DNA of 64,000 nucleotides from Eledone cirrhosa (GCA_964016885.1 OZ024743.1:280054001-280118000), one strand, 5' to 3'; positions 12,800-27,592 are shown, counted from the first letter of the stretch. The notes: generated from the letters alone by a model not told the origin. Numbers and translations: made by a program.

Positions 12800-14010
12800 T
12801 AATACTATTTATAGTTATGTATATAGTATAAACAAGTATAAACAGGAAGGTCAGTAATTTCCTATTATTTTATTATTAAATACTTAAATTAATAACATGT
12901 ACATAAGGGACCTTTAACACAACATAATAATAATAAAGTATATATACATTTATAATTAAATATAAAATATAATAGCATTGTATATTTGGGATTAACTTTC
13001 AAAACAATAATATATTATTACACATCTGACATATCTGTTTTGACATATTAACAGCTATACAATTCTTCATAACATATACCTTGTCCAGTAATGAATACAT
13101 AACAATCTAAAGAGACCTTTAATGTATGATAGTAAAATACACTGTATTTAAAATCAGGTATAAATATACAGCGTTATGTTATAGAGATTCAATGGTATCA
13201 CATTATAATGTGTATTATAAAAAAAGAATTATAATAACTGAATTGAAATTAATTAGCTAGTTACCTCCCCTTATGCATTAGCTCCCCTTAATCACTTCCG
13301 GAAATTAACGATTGGAAAATTTTACCGGTTGATCAAATATAGTCTATGAATAAGAATACATTAAGACTAATTTACAATCCATTGCTCTAACTAACTTAAA
13401 ACATTCAATATAAACATTAACTAAAATTTAATTCGACACATGTCATGGAAAAGTCTTCAAAAACTGTATGTTTCTCAACACACACAAATTCGAACACTAT
13501 CAGCATACAGCATCCACCATATATTCTAAAACATTAACATATTTGCTTAAAGTGCAGTATTTATTCATCTTTATATGCATAAGATCTTTGCTTGTCTCCT
13601 TCTCATGTATATGACTAACGCAGTTGCACCCTCCACACGCCTGCATATGAATTGTTAATGTACTCTTCCTGTCTCAAAACTACTTTCCCAATGCCTCTAT
13701 AATGATTTGACTATTCGCTTGTTTTATCTGTTGCATGTATTCCACTCCGTGCTTTTGATTTGAATTTGAATTTGAACTTGAATGTTTGTACAATTATTGT
13801 ACAATTCTCGTAAAATATATGTCACATCCATTCTACCCTGTAAATACGAAACTGTTGCTCACAACATCAATATATTTGTATCTATATTATTGTTCAGTTG
13901 AATAGGAGGTTAATTATATGTGCTCCGATGAATCCAAACGAGAGTTTGGAAGAAACGATTGTCAGCTATTAAATGATTTGAACACAACTTTGATAATTGT
14001 ATAATTTATT
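12800..14010 (+). mobile_element. ORF-less Naiad-related pLTR/3' UTR fragment between (TA)n tracts
   Basis: Shares block 13255-13302 and the HHR variant with the Naiad pLTR at 32136-33456. Confidence 0.65.
13922..13966 (+). ncRNA. Variant minimal hammerhead (core CCGAUGA)
   Basis: gct-CCGATGA-a-tccaaac(gaga)gtttgga-a-GAAA-c(gatt)g-TC-agc, then TATTAAA. Confidence 0.7.
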
Positions 14011-14026
14011 TATATATATATATATG

Positions 14027-14103
<77 letters not shown>

Positions 14104-14316
14104 CGTTTCTGAATTTGTTTAGCAAGATTCTTTATCTGAAATCGTGTGTTGAAACCGATATTGTTATACTTTGGGAGGGTCATGTTGCCAATAAGAAACA
14201 CACGCACCAGTTGCTTTCACTTCAATTTAATTTATTATATATTTATAAATTTACAAATTTATAAATTTCTGGTTGGTTGGTTGGTTCCACAACCAGATAG
14301 TTGTTTATATATATAT

Positions 14317-14361
14317 AGTCATAGTTCTTTCGTCACACACTCTGTGACCTCTTCAGTGACT
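14317..14361 (-). ncRNA. Minimal type I hammerhead ribozyme
   Basis: Reverse complement reads agtca-CTGAAGA-g-gtcac..gtgac-GAAA-gaac-TA-tgact. Confidence 0.8.
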
Positions 14362-14674
14362 GGGGATTTCTTTCTTCGTTTCTGTGCCTTTCCTTTCTTC
14401 TATCCTACGCCATTTTGTTTGTGTGTGGGTTGCGTGCTCAGTTTGCGCATGCGCCACATCCGGGTGTCTGTGTGTGTTTGTGTTCATTTTTTATTTTTCT
14501 ATTTATATTTTTCTATTTGTTTGTTTATTTATTTTAGAAAAATAAAAAATGAACACAAACACACACAGACACCCGGATGTGGCGCATGCGCAAACTGAGC
14601 ACGCAGCCCACACACAAACAAAATGGCGTAGGATAGAAGAGAGGAAAGGCACAGAAACGAAGAAAGAAATCCCC

Positions 14675-14719
14675 AGTCACTGAAGAGGTCACAGAGTGTG
14701 TGACGAAAGAACTATGACT
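14675..14719 (+). ncRNA. Minimal type I hammerhead ribozyme
   Basis: agtca-CTGAAGA-g-gtcac..gtgac-GAAA-gaac-TA-tgact. Confidence 0.8.
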
Positions 14720-14870
14720 ATATATATATAAACAACTATCTGGTTGTGGAACCAACCAACCAACCAGAAATTTATAAATTTGTAAATTTATAAATATATA
14801 ATAAATTAAATTGAAGTGAAAGCAACTGGTGCGTGTGTTTCTTATTGGCAACATGACCCTCCCAAAGTAT

Positions 14871-14941
<71 letters not shown>

Positions 14942-15148
14942 TGTATATATATACATATATATATCAAAACCGTAAGTAAATCATTCTGTCATTACCATAA
15001 CAGAAGTCAGACTTTTGATTCCAGAGCCGGGCCAGATTGATACAGAATGAGCCCTGAGCTGATCAATCGCGAAATGCGCGTCACACCTCAACAAATTTAA
15101 TGAAGATCTAACACTTCGTCGTTTTATTTTATCATTAGTGTGTATACA

Positions 15149-16775
<1,627 letters not shown>

Positions 16776-16779
16776 TATT

Positions 16780-17575
16780 CATTTTTTTAAATGGTAGGCT
16801 ATTTTTTAAGGTGTATAGGAATATTATAAATTAAAAATTAAAAATAGTTTTGAACGTGCAATTTTGGCAATGTTTGCAAGAAGAAAATAATTCTGTTCTG
16901 AGATTAATAGAGTTTTGACAGTTAATTATATAAAAAATTTCTTCGATACACAATTTACAGAATCTTGATAAAGCCATATTTCGGTATGCAGATGCTTTCG
17001 AAATCGTTCTCCAAGTTATTGAATAGTCAATATTGTTGTCTTTTAAATTCCAAATTAGATGTGAAAGTGAAGTTGAATATTTTTTATCAGATCTCCTAAA
17101 AGTATGAATATGGTTATTCCAGCGTTCTTTAAATTTTGTTGAAGTGGCACCAACATAGTTAAACCTTTTTTTCTCTAGTTTTAACTGTGCATTTATCAAC
17201 TATCTTTTTGTCTAAACAATTATTTTGTAAAGGACAGTTGGATTTGATTCTACAGTTACATTTACTGGAGTTATTGTTGTTCATAACGGTACTATTATTC
17301 TGAATATTATTGTTAGAAATATTATTATTGGTATTTTGGTTAGTTTGGTTAGGGTTTAAATTTAAGTGTCTATTATTAATTCTATTTATATTTTGTGCTA
17401 TGTTCATAGTAGTAGAGTAGGATAGTTTTATAGTGTGTCTGTTAAAAATAGAGTGGTATATGTGTGCTTTAGGAAAACATTTATCTAGTGCTTTAAAGAA
17501 TAGCTTTGCTAAAGGTGTTTTAACGCTTAATGAATATGGGGATAAGTACCAAATAATATTTCTAGATCTAGTTTT
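16780..17575 (-). mobile_element. Naiad-type PLE 3' fragment (linker + GIY-YIG)
   Basis: IFNRHTIKLSYST, CNCRIKSNCPLQNNC, NYVGATSTKFKERWNNH, CKLCIEE, ELFSSCKH. Confidence 0.88.
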
Positions 17576-18298
17576 TTTTTTTTGGTTTAGTGTTTAAGTT
17601 AATACTAGGAAGTTAATACTAGGATGATAATTATAAGTTAATACTAGGATGATAATTTTCTCTATATATTTTGGAGTAAATCATTCATCTAATTTAATGG
17701 GTTAAAAAACAAAATTGGAGTTATCTTTTCTTTCTCAATCGTGCAAACATAAACATATTATGTTTGATAATCTGTATAGCTTCGCTAAATTAACATTTTC
17801 AATGTTGAACGAAATTTTTGAATCCACAAATTGTTCTACTCTCACAACTTGAACCACCTATTTTTAAGTAAAATACAAAATCAACTTCCTCCGTAACTCA
17901 TATTTGATATATAAACAACTAATAATTATAAATGATCTCTAGTTTTATATACATATAACTTGTAATAAGATAAAATACTTACAACCAAAATTCTTCATAT
18001 AATCTAATTGATTATATATACAATATTATAACTCATAATATAGGTAAAGAAATTGTTTCCCCAAAATTAACGTAAATGCTAGCTCTTCTTCCTTTCTTTT
18101 CTTTCCTATGCATAAAATAACTGATAATTATTTAAATTTCCATAGCGTCTAAAATAACGTTTTTTTTTCAGCCCTTTTACCTAAAGCTCATTTGCATGCT
18201 CATCTTAATAATTTGAAATATCTGACTTTTCTTCTCTTATCCCTTCACTATCCAAGGATAACTTGAACTGTTAAGGTATATTCTCCTTGGTTATATCA

Positions 18299-18622
18299 GG
18301 ATTTATAAAACACACTTCGTATTTTATCTGATGATAGCGTACCAACATTTAGGTAACCTATAATAGAATAAATATGGTTTTATAAATATAGTTTCCATTT
18401 ATTAATATCATTGATATTATACTCCAGGAAACCCGTCAAGTGCTTCGAATCAGTTATAAAGGATTTATAAAACACACTTCGTATTTTATCTGATGATAGC
18501 GTACCAACATTTAGGTAACCTATAATAGAATAAATATGGTTTTATAAATATAGTTTCCATTTATTAATATCATTGATATTATACTCCAGGAAACCCGTCA
18601 AGTGCTTCGAATCAGTTATAAA
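18299..18622. repeat. Perfect 162-bp tandem duplication containing CTGATGA and a hairpin
   Basis: 18299-18460 matches 18461-18622 by direct comparison. Confidence 0.92.
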
Positions 18623-18666
18623 TCTATATATTTGTTAAATTTTCAACAAATTAAATATCCCTTTTG

Positions 18667-18736
<70 letters not shown>

Positions 18737-18740
<4 letters not shown>

Positions 18741-18998
18741 GATAAATCTACCAAAATATACGGTAGTGTCCAATCCGTATGAAGAACTCAATGTAATCCA
18801 AATATCATGAAAAGAGAAGATGTATTCAAACACAGAGCAGATGTATGAAAATCACAGGAAAACAAAGTCAAGATAAATTAATAAAAACAATGAATAAAAA
18901 CAAAGAAACAGTTCCTTATATTAAAAAATTCATCATTTTACGATCGTAAAATGATGAATTTTTTAATATAAGGAACTGTTTCATTGTTTTTATTAATT
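18737..18998 (-). mobile_element. Short PLE-like 3' terminal fragment with a spacer-less palindrome at its 5' end
   Basis: Homologous to 45227-45370. Palindrome 18894-18993 is centred on CGATCG. Flanked by (TA)n. Confidence 0.6.
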
Positions 18999-19079
18999 TA
19001 TATATATATATATATACACACATATATATATATACACACACATACACACACATAGACACACACACATATATATATATAT

Positions 19080-20522
19080 CGTCCTTTCTACACCTAATAT
19101 TCGCCTTATTGATTGTATATAAATTTTTACTTTTATGCTCCTTCCTACCCTCCATAGTTTCACTTCTTTCTGTTCCCATTGGTCTACCATAGTTTTATTT
19201 AGAGTTTTTTTTCTTTGATAACGTAATTCGTCAGGACGGACCGTAATATATCTTTTAGCTTTTTTATTGAAATATCTTGATTTTATTCGACTTTGATCAC
19301 TTGGGTTCTGTTCCGTGTGAAGTGACCCATGATGTCTTTTAAACAATTTTAGTATTAATTAATTTAATAAGGTTTTCAATTCAATTCTTTGATTTAGAAT
19401 AGTAATATTATCTGTATTTACCCAATGACTTGTAACGCCTACGTGTCTGTGTTTGTTTTTGTTTTTTGTTTTTGTTCTTCGTTTTATTTTTTATTTTTAT
19501 TTTTTTTACTACCACATGCTGTCTCTTTTCCTATCATCTGTTATTCTCTCCTGATATGTCTCCTTGTATTCATCGCGTAAATATGTCTTAAGCATTTTCC
19601 ATTGATTCTGTGTGTCTGCCATTGTAATATTAACATTAATATGTCATATTATTTTTATGTAATTGAATTATAAATTTATGTCCGATATTCAGGTACTGTT
19701 TTGTAATATTTTATGAATTTGAACTGCCTATACCTCTGTATATTTATTGTCAATATTATATATATTTATATATATTTTTTGACCATATTTTATTTTTATA
19801 TGATATTTTTTCTTACCCTGTGAAAAAGTTTATATACAATTTGTTGACCTTAAATGATACGTATGATGTAGTTTTATATATTTTTTAATGTCAGTATATT
19901 ATTCCATTGTTTTTGGTATTGTTTATGCACACCTTCATTATTATATTATAACGAGTATATTATATTTAAATATTTAAATAAGTGTTAGTATGTGTTTGTG
20001 TAAATGTGTATATATATGGATATATATATATATATGTATATTAAGCTTTTTATTTCTTATCATCCATTATATTGTATTCTATATCATATTATAATTCTCA
20101 CATTGTATTACCATGTTGTGTTTCATGTTGTATTTGTCTCATACTGTACTTTCTACGTGGGTTTGACATATTACTCGCTCTCTTGCCCTATAGTCTATAT
20201 TTGCATATGCACACTTTTAGCTTTAGCATAACTTTCCATGATATCTTTCCTAAGTTTTCATAGATATAAATTCCCTGTTCTTCTGAGTTTTGGTTTGTTC
20301 GGGGCGTTAATACTTCTTGTCTCTTTCCTTGCTCTGATGAGTCCCTATTAATGGGACGAAACACTGTCAGCTAATAAAGACGTTTGATGTATTGAAGGCT
20401 TCTTTGTTTATTTTTTATAATTTTTAGGCTCTGTTGAATTACATTGAGCTATATCTTATACTGTCATTTCTCTAATACAACGAGTGTGTTTAACTCCAAC
20501 GCACTCAAGTATTTTAATCTTA
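19080..20522 (+). mobile_element. AT-rich PLE pLTR-like fragment ending in HHR + AATAAA + ATTACATTGAG
   Basis: Canonical HHR at 20331. Downstream motif is shared with other pLTR ends. (TA)n flanks. Left boundary uncertain. Confidence 0.55.
20331..20371 (+). ncRNA. Canonical minimal type I hammerhead ribozyme
   Basis: gct-CTGATGA-gtccc(tattaat)gggac-GAAA-c(act)g-TC-agc, immediately followed by TAATAAA. Confidence 0.9.
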
Positions 20523-20543
20523 TGTATATATATATATATATAT

Positions 20544-23500
20544 AAGAGAGTATTGAAGTTTGCTTGAAGCATTGTGGGATAATAAGGTAAATTTATTTAA
20601 GTCGTTTGGAAGCCTCGACAATGCAGATGGGTAAATCTCCGGGTAACAAGATCCGGTGGTGAGAGAGAGATGTAAATGGGTGTACGTTGAGATGCGTGGC
20701 GTGTATAAGACTGTAACGTGTAGAGGAAGGAAGGAATGAACGTAAAGGATAAAAATAAAAATAACAACACGAGAAATAGTTACCTTGGGGGAGATTTAAT
20801 TATCCCTATATATTTCGGATTCACATCCATAACTGGGTGTTTTTTCCGGGGGGGGGTCTGTCGGAAAGGTGCGAAACGTGTCCTCCGCTTTTCGTTGTTT
20901 TGAATATCTGAGGTATTAAGCAGAGCGCGCGTGCGCGTGAAATGGGGTCGGTCAGGCAGAGGTCAGCGGCCGAAGTAGTTCTTTCAATTGTGGGAGTGGG
21001 GTGGCGCTAGCTGTCAGTCCATTCTCTGCCTGTTTGGTGAATGTTACTGTGTGTGTGTTTGTGCGTGCGTTGCTGTCTCGCTTGTGTATGTGTGTGCGTG
21101 TGTTGCTGCATCGTTTGTTAACTTAAACCAACCACCTCATTTCGCTTCTCTCGGATCGGTTGTTTAATTGTGGCCCTAGGCGTTTGATCCAAAGTGCTTC
21201 CTTGCTTCCTTGATACGTAACGTGCTGACGTTTCTTTCTGTCGCTAGAATTGTGACAATGGGCCTTCCGTCTTTGTTTCCGCATTTGGCTATGTGTTTCC
21301 GGAAAGACGAGGCCCTGGTTTTAGTGTGTTCCTTGATCCGGATGTGCAACGGCCGGATTGTGCTACCTATATAGTATTGGTTGCACTTGTTACATTATAT
21401 CTTATACACGACGTATGTGCGTAGGCAACAGTTCGCATGGCGCATCGCGCAGTCTCTGAGGGAGCAGACGTCAGTTGATTTCCCGGGTTTCCTGGAGAGG
21501 CATCTTCGCAGGGAGGGGCCCGAGTGGGCCATGTGGATGTCGAGGCCCTCTCTCCGTATAGCCTTGTGGATAGCGTTGGTGGTATTCTCGCCAAGGTGTG
21601 GCATTTTAAGGAAGCACTTGCCTTGGGTGCCTCTCTGTCCCTTGTGTCTGGTGTCTCTTACTCTGTCTGTGAGCGAGGTAGGGTACCCGTTCGTCTCCAG
21701 GACCTCGAGGAATCGCTTGGTATGAGTGACATCACTCGCTGGATCGCTGCATCTGTTTTTGATTCGCGCGATCTCGTTCGTGATGTATCCTCTTTTGGCA
21801 CTGTTAGGGAGAGCGGACATGTAGTGGACGAACAGGTCCCTGCAGGCTGCCTTTCGGTAGAAGTTGCAGTGGATCCCTCCCTATTCCGTGATGTTGATTG
21901 GGAAGTCGAGGAGGGCAAGTGACCCGTCGTCGTTGGGGTGTTCAACACTGAAGTCAATGTTCTCGTCCGTGTTGTTGAACGTCTCATAGATTCTGTTCGC
22001 CATGTCTTGGGAAGATGTGAGGATGAGGATATCGTCCACGTACCTTGAGAAAAAGGCGACGGCGTTGGGGTGGCAGGCGTTGAGTGCCTTGCGCTCGAGG
22101 CTGTCCATGTAAGAGATCGCTAGAACACCCGACAGGCTTGATCCCATGGGTAGTCCCGAGGTTTGTTGGTATGTTTGGTCAAGGAATGCGAAGTAGGTGT
22201 TGTCGACGACGATGGATAGGAGTTGGTGGATGTCAGTGGTGGTGAACCCGAAGCAGTGTAGGTCGGTGGATTGGACGCGTTCCATCAGCATATTGACGGC
22301 CGAGAGTGTCGGGACCGAGGTGTAGAGAGCGACTACATCAAGGCTGAAGGCATATCTGTTATTCTTTCTGGTGTCGGGATCCATTTGATGCAGGCGCTTC
22401 AACACCTCCTCGGAGCTGTTAACGTGACCCGGCAAGATGTCTAAGATGGGTTTGAATATTCTGGCTAGGGGAGCCATGAAATTTTGTAGAGTGGTCCTTC
22501 AACGCTCGATACAATGGGCCTGATCTTCAAGTCGGGTCCCTGTTTGTGTGTTATCACGAGTTGGTAGAAGGCGGGTAGTCTGCTGTTCCTCGTGAGGAGG
22601 TTGTATCTCAGCTTCTTCGGGAGCTTCCGCCGGTCGCAGATGTTAATCCAGGCGGCGTTGATGTGCTCTTCTATCTGCGTGGGAGTGATTCCCGTGACCT
22701 TTGAGTAGAGGTTGTCATCGTCAAGGTGTTGGAGGGCCAGGGTGTTGTAGGCCCCTCTGCTGATAACGCAGAATTCTTTTCCCTTGTCGGAGGGGCGGTA
22801 GATGAGGTTCTTCGATTTTAGGTTGGAGAGAGTGGTGAGTTGAGATTTGGTGCGGTTGTGTGTTGTGCGTGTGTGTGTTTGTGAAGTATATCCGAGATGG
22901 GGTGTTTTAGCCTGATGAGTTTAGTGTCGAGTTCGTGGTTGGTGGGTGGGGCTGGAGTGGGTTGTCGGGTGGTAAGTGTGGAAATTGGGGTGGGTTGCGT
23001 GGGCGCTGTTATTTTCTGTGGCGCTGTTGATGGCGGTCACCCATTTAAGTTGATAAGCGGCTCGACAGAAGTTGGCCTCGGTGTTGAGTTTGAGTCCGTC
23101 GTCGAGTCGTTGTGAGACGATGAACTTGGGTCCGAAGTGTAGGAGTTTCAACTCGTCGCTCGTGAGAGTGCCGGTTAGATCGGTGACCAGATGCGTCGCA
23201 ACGTTGAGGTGTGGCTCGGTGTTGGTGGATGCGGCGGTGGCGGTTGTTAAGTTGTTGTTTTCCACGTGGTTCTGGTCCGTCTGTTCGTTAGTGTCGATGT
23301 TCTCGTTGTGGGGTTTAGACAAGATCCACTTATATTTCTGCTTGAGCCATTTTTTCTCGTATTTGACTCTGGAATGGTAGCACTGGTCGATTGCTTTAAT
23401 GATTTTCAAGAGCAAGTCGCCGGGTGTTATTGACAGTCGATGTGTCCGCTCTGAGAGTGTCCGCTTATGGACGTGTAATTGGCGGTTGAGATGTCTCAGG

Positions 23501-23602
23501 ATCTGTTTAATACACGTGCGATGTATGCGGTTAGTGGTGTTTTGGAAAGCTGGTGTACGTAGGCTTACTGGTAAGCGAATGTTTCTGATGGTGTTGGGGA
23601 TG
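20544..23602 (-). mobile_element. Penelope-like element (RT + GIY-YIG), 5'-truncated and frameshifted
   Basis: LLHFGPKF, PSDKGKEF, FYQLVITHK, FSLDVVALYTSVP, GLPMGSSLSGVLA, FSRYVDD, LALLD, YVVYKI..CNKCNQYYIGST. Both ends lie at (TA)n. Confidence 0.93.
20802..20838 (-). ncRNA. Degenerate hammerhead in the PLE 3' UTR
   Basis: accc-agttat-ggat(gtga)atcc-GAAA-tata-TA-gggat. Helices are intact; the CUGANGA box has decayed. Confidence 0.5.
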
Positions 23603-23904
23603 TATATATATATAATTGAATGAACAAGAGAGATGAACACTAATATAAACATACATGTGTTCGAATCTTAAGGACCAAATTTGCTAGGGTCAAAAATACT
23701 AACTTTCAACAATATGGTTTGTTATCCTTAACTTTAAATATTAAATTAAGAAAAATTAAGAAAATATTTTATCTAATAATTCCTAGATTACAACATTTTT
23801 TTTAGTTTTCCTCCACCTCCTCCATTTTTATCTCCCATCGCCACCCCGACACCACTGCCACTGTCTCTGTAACAACTGACTAGCTATCAACCATAAGTAT
23901 TAAA

Positions 23905-24088
23905 TGGCATTGGCAGTATCAGTAGAGGGTCGGACGCCATGCTTTGCAGCAAAGAGTTACGGCCCTTTATGGTCTGAGGTCAAATCCCGCTGAGATTAAC
24001 TTTGCCTTTCATGCTTACGGGGTCGATAAAATAAAGTACCAGTAATTCACTGGTTTTTGATGGCCTTGTGCCCAAAGTAGAAACAATT
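23905..24088 (+). mobile_element. tRNA-derived SINE (same family as 2123)
   Basis: TTGGCAGTATCAGTAG...GAGGTCAAATCCCGC...GGGGTCGATAAA...GTAGAAAC. Confidence 0.85.
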
Positions 24089-24568
24089 ATGAAATGGTGA
24101 AAGACGACAAATAGAAGTTTGTGGACAGATCACATTCTTCTTCTTCTTCTTCTTCTTCTTCTTTTTCTTCTTCTTCTTCTTCTTCTTCTTCTTCTTCTTC
24201 TTCTTCTTCTTCTAGCAGTAGCATTAGTAGTCGTACTTCTTGTAACTCTTTTTTTTCTTTTCGGAATGGTGAAAAATCTATAACAACATTTCTCCACTGC
24301 TTGCACTTGCACCCTTCCGAATTCCTGTTGCATCAAATGGTTGTCACATGACTGTCACGTTTCATTGAAACCAACAACCAGTCATTTTATCATGCGATTC
24401 TTCACGCTGTGCTGTATTTTGTGAACTCCCGACAATGTGTTTATGAATATAGCTCGAATCCCACACCACGTCTAAATAATCGCGAAATGAAACTGGAAGG
24501 CTGTGATATTTTTTATTCTTTGCAAGTAGCGAAATTCATATTGCTCCATACATACATACATACACATG

Positions 24569-24774
<206 letters not shown>

Positions 24775-24882
24775 CATATGTATGTGTATTTGTGCCCGTG
24801 TGAATATATATATGGACACAATCACCTACAAATATATATGTGCATATATATATATATATATACTGTATATATATATATGTGA

Positions 24883-24961
<79 letters not shown>

Positions 24962-25149
24962 TATGTTTGTGTGTCAAAACTAAGCTGAATGTAACCGTGT
25001 TTATTTTGTTTATACTCGTGTATATTTTTATTTCAACATTGTGTTTTGGTATATGTAACATTTCCATAATCAATCGTCTATGGATGTATATCAACTAATA
25101 ATTTCCTATCTTGCTTTGTTTTGTGGTGTTTGGTAAAGGTGTGCTGCAA

Positions 25150-26000
25150 TTTCTCCCTGTTGTAAATGTATAATGAACATACCGAACATTGTTTTATTTG
25201 TATGACTAATGTAACAGTTGAAGTCGTAAAGTATACAACTTTCATTTTTAGACTTTCATTTTTGCTCATTTGTTGTCCACATTGCTCATTTGTTGCTCAT
25301 TTCTCGTGTCTACATGTTTTGATTTGTTCTTGATAAGAAAGAATTAGGTTTTGTTTTGTTTTTTTATGAAATATGTTGTTAACTATAGTTTATGACACAT
25401 TTTGTGCGACTTTTCATTATGTGTTTCTCTGTTCTATAGTTTACATTTGATTCATATATTAAAGTTTGTGTGTTCTTTGTGTATTTTTAATGAGTTTAAT
25501 GTCTGATAACTTTGCTGCATTTTATTCGGGTTTTGAGGTTTGTTTTACTAATTTTTTCGAGTATACGAATTAATTAGTATTTGTTTTCGTCTGACATTTT
25601 CTTTATCCATTACATCAGTTAAGTATGGATTTTCCACTGATAATTTGTAACTATATGGACATTCACTCTCTCCATGTAAGTATATACATTTATTTGTCTC
25701 TTTGGTGTACTCAGACCAAATTTTTAAGCTTGTATACGAGTCCGATTATTCTAATTGGATTTCTTAAAACTAAATTAAAATAAATAAGAAAATATGAATT
25801 TTCACTGCGAGGTGACAGCTAAGTTTTCTTTAATCATCGATGTTTGGAAGCAATAGTATCAGAACACTTGGTGAAGATAGTAAAGAGGAAATTATTCTCT
25901 TACATGATAATAATATAAGCAGCTTTAATGTTGATATTTACTGACGCTCAGAGCCAAGTGAAGTTGATGTGGTTGAGTTTCAGTTTTAACAATTGTGGTT
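25150..26000 (-). pseudogene. Possible highly decayed PLE RT remnant
   Basis: Faint, ordered traces of NIKAA(DKG), YKL, IISG and a DVxxLYTN-like segment. Many stops. Confidence 0.25.
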
Positions 26001-26381
26001 TGATGTCTCTGTAAGAGACAAAAAACCACGAGTGAGAGGGGAAAATAATTCTTAGACTTAAGAACTGGATGAAACAGTAAATTTGATAGGTGAGGGCGAA
26101 ACAGGTGAGGAGAGAGATTTCTCCGTGGTATTGAGTATGAAACTATCTCAGAAGGATAAAGAAATTCTAGTAGCAGTAGAATATACAGAGAAAAGACACA
26201 CAATGTTTGGGATGGACTGACTGAAGGGTGGAGTTGTAATGCTGATAGAAATGCTGAAAGACCGTTAATTTCCGGGAACTTTCATTCTATAGTAATAAAT
26301 AATGTCTAAGTATGTGTCTCGTCGCCTCGTAACCCTGGCCTTTTAGAGGAGCAATTCAAGATTTTAACAGTGACTTCTTCG

Positions 26382-26451
<70 letters not shown>

Positions 26452-26506
26452 CATACATACATACATACATACATACATACATACATACATACATACATAC
26501 ATACAT

Positions 26507-26722
26507 GATGATGATGGCTGCTCTCTCATTATCGAGTATGGCCATTGCACGATATACCATTATTAATAATTATTAATTAATTCTATCGTGCAATGCCTGT
26601 GCGTGAAGATATTTTTTAAAGTGAGGAAAGACTGTGCACTGAGCCAACCCCATTCTCTGAGCGACACTAGCTATAACCTGAAAAGAAGAAAAGATCAACA
26701 TCATCGGTAACTACTGAGCCGC
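26507..26722 (-). mobile_element. Truncated RTE-related non-autonomous element in (CATA)n
   Basis: About 90% identical by eye to 38357-38570. Confidence 0.7.
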
Positions 26723-26949
26723 ATGCATACATACATACATACATACATACAATAACATACATATCTACACATGCATGCATGCAGGCGTGCATACATAATC
26801 TACCTAGTTGATGTGTAAATTCCAATGAGAGAGTCTTGTGTCTATGTTAGAAACCGACTCTCTCTCTATTGGTAAACATTTGTGAAATTATAAAACCAGA
26901 AGATCATACATACATACATATAGGCATATATGGTAAGGAAATTGCTATA

Positions 26950-27592
26950 TTTATCATCATCTTCACCAACCGGCGGCCTCAGCCGAAATGGATTCAACAA
27001 TTAATCTCCATGCGGGTCTGTCGTTCATTGCCGTTTTCAAGTGCTGGATTTCAATACCAGAGTCTTTGGAGATGACATCAGGATAGGAGAGCTTTCGTCC
27101 CCTGTTGTTAGTGACTGCTTGTGGTTTCCAAAGTACTAATAGGGACACAGCCTTGTAGGTGTCACGATGGCAGTGGCCAGCAAATCTTACTCTCCTTTTA
27201 CGTACGACGACAGATATGCATGGGAGGCCGGCATATATTTCTTTCAAAGTCAGATGTCACCAGCTTATGTTCTGAATGTATTGAAGCAGGCGAGTGTAAG
27301 TGGCCTCAAGGCGCTTTTGTTGTTTGGATGAAAGCATCTATGTTTCATTTCCATACAGCAAGATTGGTTGAATTGTTACTTGGAAGAGTCTGATCTTGAT
27401 GTGGTTGGAAAGATTTGAGTGCCAAACTCGGTCCAACTTGTTTCAAGCTGATCATGCTTGGGCCTTTCTGGTGGCGAAATCCTTCTCTGAGTCCATGATC
27501 CAGGACTCAAGATACTTGAAATCCTCGACTTGTTCATATCACTGCTGTTGATTGCTTTGATGCTGTTGCCAGTACAGTTTGATATGTACTCT
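26950..27592 (-). mobile_element. 5'-truncated RTE-clade LINE 3' end
   Basis: VEDFKYLESWI, IKIRLF...ILLYG.ET, RRVRFAGHCHR, LVLWKP, AMNDRPAWR. Ends in a short (GAT)n tail. Confidence 0.85.

Larger units (their letters stand above)
14101..14878. mobile_element. Palindromic ORF-less PLE pLTR pair (arms of about 335 bp) with two HHRs
   Basis: 14158-14495 is the reverse complement of about 14540-14878. Same family as 12132-12657. Flanked by (TA)n. Confidence 0.88.

Noticed and set aside
20850-20890. Plus-strand GAAACGTGTC hammerhead 3' half
   Set aside because: No CUGANGA box or helix II upstream, and it is antisense to the element.
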